Assembly: GCA_963807035.1 (NCBI GenBank)
Contig: CAWEAL010000003.1
Coordinates: forward strand, 164,372-228,371
DNA length: 64,000 nt
Source of the DNA: an uncultured Chloroflexia bacterium
GTDB lineage: Bacteria > Chloroflexota > Limnocylindria > Limnocylindrales > CSP1-4
Reading direction: 5' to 3'
Shown: positions 45,327 through 54,884 of the stretch, piece after piece
How positions within the stretch are numbered: the stretch's first letter is position 1
Layout of the letters: each line of letters begins with the position of its first letter
Translations under genes and position numbers: made by a program
The notes under the pieces: model-generated
Told to the model about the DNA's origin: nothing
The model's database searches: none
The model's input: the letters and a program-made list of their open reading frames with translations, nothing else

Positions 45327-46238
45327 TCAGGGCCAGCTGACGGTGATCGTCATCTCGGTGATCCCGAAGCCGCCCTCGAGGTTGGCGAGCGTCCCGTCAT
45401 AGACGGTGCCGGCCAGGGCGGGAAAGCTGGCGGTCGCTTCGGGGGCGTTGCCCGAGCTGGTCAGGCTGTGGGCCGGCGTCGATGCCGGCTCGACGAGCAG
45501 GGCGTAGTCGAACGGGTGGCCCCAACTGGCCGTCACCTTGATCGAGCCGGCGCTGTGGGCCGTCAACCGGAACGTCGCCCCGTCGTAGGGGTAGTCGGTC
45601 CCGTCGAACCGGCCGTTGCTCAGGGTGACCGACGGCTTCGACGTCCCGAAGGTCAGGCTGATGTCGAGGATGGGCGAGTCCGTGCCGCTGCCGATCGCGG
45701 TGACCAGCCAGTTCGTCTTCGAGCGGGTCGTCGTCCCGGTCAGGGTGGCGGCGGTCGAGGTCCGGCAGACGGCCGAGCCGCCGATCGGCTTGAGGCAGAA
45801 GATCGTCCGACCACTGGCGACGGTCGATTTCATCGCGGCGGTCACCGTCCCCGGGCCTTCGGTCGAGAAGGCGAACGTTCGGGCGAGGCCGGCGGCGGTG
45901 CCCTTCTGGGCATCGAGCCGCATCGAGGTGAACGTGATCGTGGTCAGGTTCGCCTGGGGCGTTGGGCTGGGCACCGGCGTCGGAGTGGCCGGAGCCGTCG
46001 ACGGGACCGGCAGTGAGGGGCCGCTGCTCGGGCCCGCCGACGCGCCGGCCGAGGCGCCGGCCGACGGCTGGCTCGATCCACCGGCCGCCGTCGTCGGGCT
46101 GGGCAGGACGGCCGGGCCGGGGCCGCCGTTGATCACGACCGCGGCGGCGATCCCACCGAGCAGGGCGAGGATCACCGCCAGGACGATCGCAATCGAGCGC
46201 CAGCGGTCGTTCACGGGTTGCGTCTCCTCCTTCGGCAA
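45327..46238 (-). CDS. membrane-anchored extracellular protein, function unknown
   Basis: 303 aa with one N-terminal TM (IAIVLAVILALLGGIAAAVVI), a Pro/Ser/Thr linker and a beta-rich C-terminal domain. Confidence 0.55.
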   Translation of the reverse strand: MPKEETQPVNDRWRSIAIVLAVILALLGGIAAAVVINGGPGPAVLPSPTTAAGGSSQPSAGASAGASAGPSSGPSLPVPSTAPATPTPVPSPTPQANLTTITFTSMRLDAQKGTAAGLARTFAFSTEGPGTVTAAMKSTVASGRTIFCLKPIGGSAVCRTSTAATLTGTTTRSKTNWLVTAIGSGTDSPILDISLTFGTSKPSVTLSNGRFDGTDYPYDGATFRLTAHSAGSIKVTASWGHPFDYALLVEPASTPAHSLTSSGNAPEATASFPALAGTVYDGTLANLEGGFGITEMTITVSWP

Positions 46239-46813
46239 GCGACGGGCGGTGCGGACAGGGTAGCCCGCCCGGCGGACGCCGTCAGGCGGAGGCTCGCCCG
46301 GGCGATCGCCTCGGTCGTGGTCATCGGCACGACCCGGTCGACTCCTTCGGCGGCGAGCCTGCCCCGATCGAGCGTCCGGCGCAGGGCGGCGAGCTGGCGC
46401 AGGACAGCCGACTCGGGCACGCTCCGGCCGGTTCGAGCGCCGTTGCGCTCGAGACAGGCGTCCGCCGGCAGGTCGAGGACGAGGGCGATCACGGCCCGGC
46501 CGTGGCTCGCGGCACGCTCGAGGAGCGGTCGCCGGGCGTAGGCGCTGACGTTCGTCGCATCGATCACCGTCAGCTTGCCCGCCGACAGCCGCCGATCCGC
46601 CTGGGCGTGGAGGATCCGGAAGGCCCGCGGGCTGGCCGCCTGGTCGGATTCGTCGCCGGTCAGCTGCCCGCGCAGGGCGTCCGACGAGAGGATCGCGTCG
46701 GACGGGAAGAGCCGCCCGGCAAGGGTCGTCTTGCCCGATCCGGCGGCGCCGACGAGCAGGACGAGGGCATCCCCGGGGACCTCGATCGGACCGGGATCAT
46801 CCGCCTCGTTCAT
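46211..46813 (-). CDS. P-loop kinase-like AAA-family ATPase (polynucleotide-kinase-like)
   Basis: LLVGAAGSGKTTLAGRLF is a Walker A motif; VIDATN is also present. The 3' end overlaps the next gene by 28 nt, so the tail is uncertain. Confidence 0.6.
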   Translation of the reverse strand: MNEADDPGPIEVPGDALVLLVGAAGSGKTTLAGRLFPSDAILSSDALRGQLTGDESDQAASPRAFRILHAQADRRLSAGKLTVIDATNVSAYARRPLLERAASHGRAVIALVLDLPADACLERNGARTGRSVPESAVLRQLAALRRTLDRGRLAAEGVDRVVPMTTTEAIARASLRLTASAGRATLSAPPVACRRRRRNP

Positions 46814-46873
46814 CCAGCGATGATGCACGCTGGGCGGCGCCGGCGGATCGCTGGTTCCGCTAGCCTTGGGCCG

Positions 46874-48172
46874 GTGAGCCCAGACCCTGCGGCCGAGACG
46901 ACTGCGCCCCCGGCCGAGACGGCCGCCCCCACGCCGGCAACCGGCCCCGGCCCCGGCCTTACCGGCCCACCCGGGCAGGACTGGCGGGTGCTCCTTGCGA
47001 TCTTCTGCGTCACCGCGGCGGTCGAGGGCCTCGGGGTCAACCAGATCTTCGCCTTTGCCCCTGCCTACCTAACCGAGATGGGCGTTTCGGGCGCCGACCG
47101 GTTGCACTTCATCGGGCTGTTCAGCGCCCTGATCTTCGTCGTCGGTGCACCCCTCGTGCCGCTGTGGGGGGTCTGGGCCGACAAGTACAGCCGCAAGGTC
47201 GTGATCGTCCGGAGCGCCCTGGTCGAAGCGGTCGTCTTCGCCTGCGTCGCGCTCAGCCGCGAGCCGTGGCAGCTGGCCGGGTCGATGCTCCTCGTCGGCT
47301 TCCAGCTCGGCAACACCGGGGTGATGCTCGCAGCGATCCGGGATTCGGTGCCCCGTGGCCGGCTGGGAATGGCGATCGCCCTGTTCGGAGCGAGCAGCCC
47401 GGTCGGGATGGCGATCGGCCCGGTGCTGGGGGGCCGGATCGTCGACGGCCTGCACCTGGGTCTGCCGGTCGTTTTCTGGGTCTCGTCGGCCCTGTCGGTC
47501 GGGACCGCCCTGCTCGTCACGTTCGGCTCGAAGGAGGTCCGGCCGGCGGTGATCCCCGAGGGCCGCCTGGTGACCCTCGCCTTCGGTGCGATCCGGGGCG
47601 TCCTGGCCGATCCTGCCATCCGCCGGATCTTCCTGATCTTCGGGGTGGCGTTTCTGGGCTCGCAGATGAGCCGGCCGTACCTGCCGGTCCTCGTCGAGCG
47701 CGCGAACGGGCCGGTCGACCTGGCGAGCGCGATCGGCTTCGTGACCGGAACGGCGGCCTTCGTCGGTGCCCTCGTCTCGCCGATCGGCGGCTGGATCGGT
47801 GACCGGGTCGGGTTCCGGCCGGTTCTCGTGGGCGGCCTCCTCGTCGGCGGGCTGGCCGCGCTGGCCCTGCCGTTCCTGCCGAGTGTCGGCACCCTCGCCG
47901 TCGGCGTCCTCGTCTTCGGAGCGTGCTATTCGATCGAGGCGGCGATGGTCTTCGGCCTGCTGGCCACCGAGGTTCCGCCGGAGCGCCGTTCGGCGACCCT
48001 CAACCTCGTCTACCTGCCGCTGTACGCGTCGGGGATCATCGGCCCGATCGCCGGCGCGATCGTCGTCGGCGTGGGGATCTGGGCGCCGTTCGCTGTCGCC
48101 TCGGCGGTCTTCATCGCCGGCGGGATGGCCGTCGCGATCGTCACATTGCGGGTCCGGCCGTCGACGGCCTGA
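46874..48172 (+). CDS. MFS transporter (12-TMS type)
   Basis: The hydrophobic core starts at WRVLLAIFCVTAAVEGLG. Start ambiguous (ATG 46820 or GTG 46874). The long 5' part of ORF 46502.. is antisense to the kinase gene. Confidence 0.8.
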   Translation: MSPDPAAETTAPPAETAAPTPATGPGPGLTGPPGQDWRVLLAIFCVTAAVEGLGVNQIFAFAPAYLTEMGVSGADRLHFIGLFSALIFVVGAPLVPLWGVWADKYSRKVVIVRSALVEAVVFACVALSREPWQLAGSMLLVGFQLGNTGVMLAAIRDSVPRGRLGMAIALFGASSPVGMAIGPVLGGRIVDGLHLGLPVVFWVSSALSVGTALLVTFGSKEVRPAVIPEGRLVTLAFGAIRGVLADPAIRRIFLIFGVAFLGSQMSRPYLPVLVERANGPVDLASAIGFVTGTAAFVGALVSPIGGWIGDRVGFRPVLVGGLLVGGLAALALPFLPSVGTLAVGVLVFGACYSIEAAMVFGLLATEVPPERRSATLNLVYLPLYASGIIGPIAGAIVVGVGIWAPFAVASAVFIAGGMAVAIVTLRVRPSTA

Positions 48173-48199
48173 GGCGGCCGCGGGCCGGCCGAACCGTGC

Positions 48200-49171
48200 T
48201 CAGCCAACCCGGCCGCGAACCCGCTCGCGAGCCGGCGTCGCCCGGGCGGGCAGGCGCACGACGGGCGTCAGCCGCTCCGGCAGCAGCCGGGCCCGCCCCG
48301 ACCAGCCCGCCAGCCGGCGCGGGTCGCGCAGCGGGATGACCCCGAGGAGGATCGCCAGCCCGCCGTACCAGAGGGCAGGCAGGGCGACCATCGCCGCGAC
48401 CGGCACGACCCAGCGACGATCGGTCCGGGCGCCCCACACGACGAGGATCACCGCGAACGGCAGCCGGATCAGGAGCGGGATCGGCAACGCTGCCCACGTG
48501 CCGCTCGTCTTGCCGGCGCTCGCGGCGACCACCCCGACCCACTCGAACCAAGCGTGCGGGTCGATCGCCAGCGAGACCACCGCGATCGCCGCCGTTGCTC
48601 CGAGGGCGATCAGCAGGGCGTGCCATTCGCGCCGGACGGCGAACCACAGCAGACCGATCCCGGGCGTGATCTTGGTCAGGAGGATGAGCGACCAGGCCGC
48701 CGGATAGCGGAAGCCGACCACGATCGCCACCGCGATCAGGAGGTGGATGTTGCCGCCGATCACCTCCGGTGCCGCGAGCAGGAGGGCGAGTGCGAACAGG
48801 CGCGGCCCGGACAGGAAGCGTACGGCGAGCAGGAGGAGGATCGTCCACAGGCCGAGGAAGGGCTCCCAGGCCAGGACCCGGAGCGGGGCGAGGAGCTGCA
48901 GGAACGCGGGCGAGTAGACGTAGGCGATCGGCGCCGTCCAGGCCGACAGGGCGTAGGGCGCGTCGTAGCCCGGGACCCAGTAGCAGCGAGCATCCTGGCC
49001 GGCGACGAGGAACTTGCTCCAGGGCTCGCCGAACGCCCAGACGACGATCCAGATCGCGAACGCGGCCACGATCCCGACGGTCTCGATCGAAGGCCGCCGG
49101 CGTTCGAAGCGAGGCCGCACGAGGCGGGGCCAGGCCCTGGAGCGGACCGGGCGGGTGTCCCCCTGGATCAT
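48200..49171 (-). CDS. polytopic membrane protein, GT-C / DUF2029-like putative glycosyltransferase
   Basis: 323 aa from the internal ATG (MIQGDTRPV) of ORF 48200..50107, with eight or more TM helices. The family call is tentative. Confidence 0.45.
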   Translation of the reverse strand: MIQGDTRPVRSRAWPRLVRPRFERRRPSIETVGIVAAFAIWIVVWAFGEPWSKFLVAGQDARCYWVPGYDAPYALSAWTAPIAYVYSPAFLQLLAPLRVLAWEPFLGLWTILLLLAVRFLSGPRLFALALLLAAPEVIGGNIHLLIAVAIVVGFRYPAAWSLILLTKITPGIGLLWFAVRREWHALLIALGATAAIAVVSLAIDPHAWFEWVGVVAASAGKTSGTWAALPIPLLIRLPFAVILVVWGARTDRRWVVPVAAMVALPALWYGGLAILLGVIPLRDPRRLAGWSGRARLLPERLTPVVRLPARATPARERVRGRVG

Positions 49172-49173
49172 GG

Positions 49174-50313
49174 TCAAGCGGGCAGGTCGCGGTCGAGCGG
49201 TCCGGTGTACCGCTGGTCGGGTCGGATCAACTTGTCGACCCCGGCCTGCTCGATCGCGTGGGCCGTCCAGCCGGCGTGGCGAGCCAGGGCGAATGTCGCC
49301 GGGAAGAGGTCCGGGGTGAGGCCGACGCCCTCGAGCACGGCCGCGGCGTAGTACTCGACGTTCGTCTTCAGGCTGCGTCCGGGCTTCAGCTCGGCCAGCA
49401 CGCGCAGGACGACGTCCTCGACGGCGATCGCCAGGTCGAGCCAGTCGGGCCGCTCGTCCATCGCTTCGGCCACCTGGCGAAGGGCCGCCGCGCGCGGGTC
49501 GTAGGCCCGGTAGACGCGATGGCCGAAGCCCATGATCCGGCCGTGGTTGGCCACGGTCGCCCGGGCCCAGGCCTCGGCGTGGTCGATCGAGCCGATCTCG
49601 TGGAGCTGGCTGACGACTTCGGCCGGTGCGCCGCCATGGAGCGGGCCCTTGAGCGCGCCGATCGCGCCGCAGACCGCCGACGCGAGGTCCGAGCGTGTGG
49701 CGATGATCACCCGGGCGGTGAACGTCGAGGCGTTCAGGCCATGCTCGGCGCCGACGATGAAGTAGGCCTCCAGGGCGCGCGCGGCGGCCGGGTCGGGCGC
49801 CTTGCCCGTCAGCTGCTGGAGGAAGCCGCCGGCCAGGTCGAGCGACAGGTCGGGCTCGACCGGCTCGAGACCCCGGCGCAGCCGGCCGAAGGCGGCCAGC
49901 GCCGACGGCGAGAACGCGGTCAGGTGGCGGGCCTGCTCGGGGGTCGGCGGCCAGGTCAGCTTCTGGGCCGCGCCCCAGACCGAGACGGCCGTCCGCAAGG
50001 CGTCCATCGGGTGAGCGTCGGCCGGGAGCTGGCGGAGGGTGGTGAGGACGGCCTCCGAGATCGGCTCGGGGTGGAGCTCGGCTCCCGGATGCCACTCGCC
50101 GGTCCACAGCAGGTCGGCGACCTCGGCGTAGGTGCCCTTGGTCACGAGCTGGCCGATCGGGTAGCCCCGGTACAGCAGCCGGCCACGGGCGCCGTCGACG
50201 AGGCCGATCGCACTCTCTGCCCCGATCACGCCGGCGAGGCCGGGCGAGTACGGCCGGCTATCGGCTGGGGAGGGTTCCGCCGGGACCGGACTGGCGACGG
50301 GGAATTCGTTCAT
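49174..50313 (-). CDS. citrate synthase / 2-methylcitrate synthase family
   Basis: 379 aa. GLAGVIGAESAI..VDG..G.LLYRGY, GAEHGLNASTF and GFGHRVY motifs. Confidence 0.9.
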   Translation of the reverse strand: MNEFPVASPVPAEPSPADSRPYSPGLAGVIGAESAIGLVDGARGRLLYRGYPIGQLVTKGTYAEVADLLWTGEWHPGAELHPEPISEAVLTTLRQLPADAHPMDALRTAVSVWGAAQKLTWPPTPEQARHLTAFSPSALAAFGRLRRGLEPVEPDLSLDLAGGFLQQLTGKAPDPAAARALEAYFIVGAEHGLNASTFTARVIIATRSDLASAVCGAIGALKGPLHGGAPAEVVSQLHEIGSIDHAEAWARATVANHGRIMGFGHRVYRAYDPRAAALRQVAEAMDERPDWLDLAIAVEDVVLRVLAELKPGRSLKTNVEYYAAAVLEGVGLTPDLFPATFALARHAGWTAHAIEQAGVDKLIRPDQRYTGPLDRDLPA

Positions 50314-51200
50314 GGTCTGATGGTAGCGCTCTCGTCGAGGAAGGCCTCGACGGCCTCAACGAACCCCGCCGGGTCGGTGTGATGGGCGGCGTGCCGTTGT
50401 CCCGGCAGGACGACGATCCGGCCGTTCGGCAGCACGCCGTCGAGCTGTGCGGTGCCGGCCCGGAACAGCTCCGAGCTGGAACCGCCGACCAGCTGGAGGA
50501 CGGGGATCCGAACCTCGCCGAGCCGTTCGACGGCCGCGTCCCGGCCGGCCTCGGCCCGTAGCTCGCGGATCGCTGTCGGCGCCGCCGCCGCGCGGATCGG
50601 CCAGGTCGGCGAGGTGCGATACGCCTCGATCTCGGCCGGGCCCAGCCCGACGACCTCGCCCATGAACGCCGCCAGCAGGCCGTCGAGGTCGCCGGCGGCC
50701 TCGAGCGCGTCGAGCCGGTCGAGCAGAGCCGGATCGTGGAACGATCGGCCACTGGGCGCCGGCGCACCCTCGTACACGACGAGCCGGCGGAGCCGATCGG
50801 TCAGTCGGGCGGCGCCCAGTCCGGTCCGCCCGCCGAACGAGTGGCCGACGACGTCGACCGGGCCGCCCGACTCGGCCGCCAGCCAGTCGACGATCGCGGC
50901 GACGTCCTGGTACTCGCGCTCGATCCCGTACGGCAGCCGGTCGCCGCTCGCGCCGCGGCCGCGCCGGTCGATCGAGACCACCGTCCGGCGCTCGGCGAAA
51001 CGGGGCCCGACCGCCCGGAAGGCGGTATGGTCGGCGGTCGCGCCATGGACCAGGAGGAGGACCGGCCGGTCCGGCAGGCGCCCGCGCCCCACTCCCGCTC
51101 GGCCGATCGACGGCGGATCCGTCCGGAACCAGGCGATCGAGGTCCCGTCGGCCGACTCGACGAAGCCGTCGGCCGGGCCCCTCCGGCCCGGCCGGGTCAC
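50310..51200 (-). CDS. alpha/beta hydrolase
   Basis: 296 aa. LLLVHGATADHTAF ... VVGHSFGG nucleophile elbow. 4-nt overlaps with both neighbours. Confidence 0.8.
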   Translation of the reverse strand: MTRPGRRGPADGFVESADGTSIAWFRTDPPSIGRAGVGRGRLPDRPVLLLVHGATADHTAFRAVGPRFAERRTVVSIDRRGRGASGDRLPYGIEREYQDVAAIVDWLAAESGGPVDVVGHSFGGRTGLGAARLTDRLRRLVVYEGAPAPSGRSFHDPALLDRLDALEAAGDLDGLLAAFMGEVVGLGPAEIEAYRTSPTWPIRAAAAPTAIRELRAEAGRDAAVERLGEVRIPVLQLVGGSSSELFRAGTAQLDGVLPNGRIVVLPGQRHAAHHTDPAGFVEAVEAFLDESATIRP

Positions 51201-52009
51201 GTCCGCGGTCGGAGCCCGGCACCCGCCGGAACGTCGACCAGCCAGGTCGCCGACGAGCGCCGGGCGAGCTGGGCCGGCAGGCCGTCGGGCGCGGCCGGAT
51301 CGAGGCGTGGGCCGTCCAGGATCCGAGCGGTGACGCCGGCCTTGGCCGCGCCCGTCACCATCACCAGGATGGCCGGGGCGGCGGCCAGGATCGAGGGGTT
51401 GAAGGTGACCCTCGGCAGGTGCGGCTCGACCTGGGTCGGCGCGGCGATCCCGAGGGCCAGCCGGTCCGAACCGACCGCCGGGCTGCCCGGGAAGACCGAC
51501 AGGAGGTGGCCGTCGGGTCCGATCCCGAGCAGGACCAGGTCGAATACCGGGACCCCGGCTGGATCGAGCGGCAGGGTCATCCGGGCTTCAGCCGCGTACT
51601 CGTCAGCGCACCAGCCCGGGCCGAGGTCGCCGGCGATCGCCCGGCCGGTGGGCCAGGGGTGGACGTGGTCGGCCGGGACGGGCACGCCATGGCCCTGCTC
51701 GAGGAGGATCTCGTCGACGCTGAACACGTTCGAGAGGGGATGGTCGCGCGGCACGAACCGATCGTCGCCCCACCACAGGTGAACCCGCTCCCACGGCACC
51801 CGGTCGCGTAGCGGGGGAGACGCCAGCCGGACGTACATCGCGGCCGGCGTCGAACCGCCGCTGGTCGCCAAGTCGGCCCGGCCGCGCCGCTCGACGGCCC
51901 GGACCAGGGCGTCAGCCACCCGGTCCGCCGCGGCCTCGGCAACAGCCGCCGGGTCGGCCAGGACCGACACGACCGGCTCGCCGAGGGGATCCGCGCCGCT
52001 TGTCGTCAT
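51197..52009 (-). CDS. pgl: 6-phosphogluconolactonase
   Basis: 270 aa from the internal ATG. ATSGGSTP ... WWGDDRFVP ... LLGIGPDGHLLSVFPG motifs. Confidence 0.85.
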   Translation of the reverse strand: MTTSGADPLGEPVVSVLADPAAVAEAAADRVADALVRAVERRGRADLATSGGSTPAAMYVRLASPPLRDRVPWERVHLWWGDDRFVPRDHPLSNVFSVDEILLEQGHGVPVPADHVHPWPTGRAIAGDLGPGWCADEYAAEARMTLPLDPAGVPVFDLVLLGIGPDGHLLSVFPGSPAVGSDRLALGIAAPTQVEPHLPRVTFNPSILAAAPAILVMVTGAAKAGVTARILDGPRLDPAAPDGLPAQLARRSSATWLVDVPAGAGLRPRT

Positions 52010-52026
52010 CGCGCCCTTCCGCCGCC

Positions 52027-53280
52027 CTACGACGCCGCGGCGATCAGGGCGGCCATCCGGACCGCACCGTCCGACACCTGGTCGTGGCCGGTCGACTCGA
52101 TCGCCTCGGCGAGCAGATCCGCCTCGGTCCGCCGGGCCGCGTTGAACCGTCGGTCGAGGATCTCGACGCCGTCCTGCCACGCCCGCACACCGACCGACTC
52201 GGCCTCCGCGGTGACGTCGACGCGGAGCTCCGAGCCCCGCCGCTCGCACAGGAGCTCGACCCGCAGGGTCGTTCCGGCCGGAGTTGGCGAGAGGACCGGG
52301 CGGATCACGACGGCGACGTCCGAGGAGCCCTGGCGCAGGGTGGCGGCGTGACCACGGCCGGGTCCGGGCTGGGCCCCAGGCCGGGCCGCGACCGGCGGGC
52401 CGGCCACCGGCGTGAGCGGCCTGCCGACCTGGAGGCCGAGCCGCGACGCCAGCCAGGCGACATGGTAGAGCGGCTTGACCAGGTTGGCGCGGCCGGGCTG
52501 GCCGCTCTCGTCGTGGGTGCTGTAGGTCACGGCCACCCGCCGGAGCGAGCGCAGGTACGGCAGGAAGTCGGGCATGTCGAAGGTCGACGCGATCGCCTCT
52601 CGCCAGCGGGACTGGCGGGCGAGCGCGAAGTCGAAGACCGCGATCCGGTTGGAGGCCGCCACCCGGGCCAGCTCGCGCAGGCGGGCCAGCCCGTCGCCAT
52701 GCCAGCTCGCGCCGTCGACGACCAGGCGATCGGCCGAGGCCAGCACGTCGCGCGCCTGCTGGCTCTCGAGGCGGGCCTCGCCGGGCCACCATACGGTGAC
52801 GGGCAGGTCGTGGATCAGGAGGGGCTCGACGATCGCGTCGAGGTGGCGGCCGGTCTCGCCGCCGGCGGTGATGTAGATCGTCTCGGCGCACGTCTCGGGG
52901 GCATCGGCCCGGGGCAGGATGCACTGGGCGGTGATCCGGGCGTCGAGCCAGCCCGGGCCGTCCGGGTCGGCCGAGCTGAGGATCAGCGTCCGCGACGGAT
53001 GCCGCCCGGTGAGCTGGCCGATCACGGCGGCGCCGTGCAGGCCGTCCTCGGACTGCTGGGCGATCACGACCAGGTTCATCACGCTCGTCCGGGCGGCGAT
53101 GTTTCGGACCTCGACGCCGTCGACTTCGGCGGTCAGCTTGGGTTGGGCCCAGATCCGGGACAGCTCGAGCTCGATCCCCTCGATCGTCGAGGCCCGCGAC
53201 GCCCAGCGCAGCTGGGCGACCCCGACCGAGGCGCCGTCCGGCAGCGCGATCGGCCCGCCGGCCAGCTCTTCCCGCGCCAT
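52027..53280 (-). CDS. opcA: glucose-6-phosphate dehydrogenase assembly protein OpcA
   Basis: 417 aa immediately downstream of zwf (TGATG overlap). ...IELELSRIWA ... RTSVMNLVV... has the OpcA pattern. Confidence 0.85.
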   Translation of the reverse strand: MAREELAGGPIALPDGASVGVAQLRWASRASTIEGIELELSRIWAQPKLTAEVDGVEVRNIAARTSVMNLVVIAQQSEDGLHGAAVIGQLTGRHPSRTLILSSADPDGPGWLDARITAQCILPRADAPETCAETIYITAGGETGRHLDAIVEPLLIHDLPVTVWWPGEARLESQQARDVLASADRLVVDGASWHGDGLARLRELARVAASNRIAVFDFALARQSRWREAIASTFDMPDFLPYLRSLRRVAVTYSTHDESGQPGRANLVKPLYHVAWLASRLGLQVGRPLTPVAGPPVAARPGAQPGPGRGHAATLRQGSSDVAVVIRPVLSPTPAGTTLRVELLCERRGSELRVDVTAEAESVGVRAWQDGVEILDRRFNAARRTEADLLAEAIESTGHDQVSDGAVRMAALIAAAS

Positions 53281-54884
53281 CAGATCCGCCGCCAGCGGCG
53301 CCCGTCGCGAGCCATCAGCTCGTCGGCGGCGTCCGGTCCCCAGGAACCGGCCTCGTAGTCGGGGAACGCCGGGGCCGGCATGTCCAGCCAGGTCTCGAGG
53401 ATCGGGGTGACGATCGACCAGGCCTCCTCGACCTCGTCGGCCCGGGTGAACAGCGAGGCGTCGCCGAGGAGCGCATCGAGGATCAGCGTCTCGTAGGCCT
53501 CGGGCAGGTCGACGCTGAACGCCGAACCGTAGGTGAAGTCCATGTTCACGTTGCGAACGTCGATCCCCAGGCCGGGCACCTTGGCGCTGAAGCGCAGGAG
53601 GATCCCCTCGTCCGGCTGGATCCGCAGCGCGAGCAGGTTCGGCTCGGGCTCGGCGTCGGTATCCCGGAAGAGCCGGTGGGGAACCTGCTTGAACTGGATC
53701 GCGATTTCCGAGGCGCGCTTGGGCAGGCGCTTGCCGCTCCGGACGTAGAACGGGACGCCGGCCCAGCGCCAGTCGTCGATCGTGAACCGGGCGGCCACGT
53801 AGGTCTCGGTCTCGGATTCGGGATCGACGTGCGGCTCGGACCGGTAGCCGGGGACCTTCTGGGCCGCCACCCAGCCCGGCCCGTACTGGCCGCGCACGAC
53901 GTCGCGGCGGATCTCATCGGGGGCCATCGGCGAGATCGCCCGGAGGACCTTGACCTTCTCGTCCCGGAGCGCGTCGGCCTCGAATGCCGCCGGTGGCTCC
54001 ATGGCCACGAGAGCGAGGAGCTGCATCAGGTGATTCTGGAGGAAGTCGCGCGACGCGCCGGTCTCCTCGTAGAACGCGCCCCGGTTCTCGACTCCGATCG
54101 CCTCGGCCACAGTGATCTGGACGTGGTCGACGTAGCGTCGATTCCAGAGCGGCTCGAAGATGCCGTTGCCGAACCGGAAGACCATCAGGTTGCGGACGGT
54201 CTCCTTGCCCAGGTAGTGGTCGATCCGGTAGACCTGTTTCTCGCGAAAGACCTTGCCCACCTCGCGGTTCAGCCGGGCGGCCGATTCGAGATCGCGCCCG
54301 AACGGCTTCTCGATCACGATCCTCCGCCAGCCCCCGCTGTGGACCTCGTGGTCGAGGCCCGCCCGTCCGAGCTGGCCGACGATCTCGGCAAAGGCCGACG
54401 GCTGGGTGGCCAGGTAGTACAGCCGGTTGCCGCGCGTGCCGTGCGCGCGGTCGATCTCGCCCAGGCGGGCCGACAGCTGGTCGAAGGCGGCCGGGTCGGT
54501 GAAGTCGCCGTGGTGGTAGACGATTCGGCCGATGAACTCGTCGACGATCGCCGGCTCGACCGGCACCCGCGAATTGGTCGCCAGCGAGGCCGCGATGTCC
54601 TGCCGGAAGACGGCCTCGTCGTACGGCCGCCGGCCGACGGCGACGAGCATGAACTCGTGGGGCAGCAGATTCGTCCGGCGGAGCTGGTAGAGGGCGGGCA
54701 GGACCTTCCGATGGGCGAGGTCGCCGGTCGCCCCGAACAGGACGACCACGCACGGGTCCGGGACGCGTTCGAGGCGGAGGCCCTGGCGGAGCGGATTGAC
54801 CGGCTTGCTCTCCTTCGGCTTGCGCTTGCCATCCCGGGCCAGGCGCAGCTCGCGGATCGTCTGGGAAGGCTCGCTGGCCGTCAC
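53280..54884 (-). CDS. zwf: glucose-6-phosphate 1-dehydrogenase
   Basis: 534 aa. VLFGATGDLAHRKVLPALY, RIDHYLGKE and EKPFG motifs. Confidence 0.95.
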   Translation of the reverse strand: MTASEPSQTIRELRLARDGKRKPKESKPVNPLRQGLRLERVPDPCVVVLFGATGDLAHRKVLPALYQLRRTNLLPHEFMLVAVGRRPYDEAVFRQDIAASLATNSRVPVEPAIVDEFIGRIVYHHGDFTDPAAFDQLSARLGEIDRAHGTRGNRLYYLATQPSAFAEIVGQLGRAGLDHEVHSGGWRRIVIEKPFGRDLESAARLNREVGKVFREKQVYRIDHYLGKETVRNLMVFRFGNGIFEPLWNRRYVDHVQITVAEAIGVENRGAFYEETGASRDFLQNHLMQLLALVAMEPPAAFEADALRDEKVKVLRAISPMAPDEIRRDVVRGQYGPGWVAAQKVPGYRSEPHVDPESETETYVAARFTIDDWRWAGVPFYVRSGKRLPKRASEIAIQFKQVPHRLFRDTDAEPEPNLLALRIQPDEGILLRFSAKVPGLGIDVRNVNMDFTYGSAFSVDLPEAYETLILDALLGDASLFTRADEVEEAWSIVTPILETWLDMPAPAFPDYEAGSWGPDAADELMARDGRRWRRI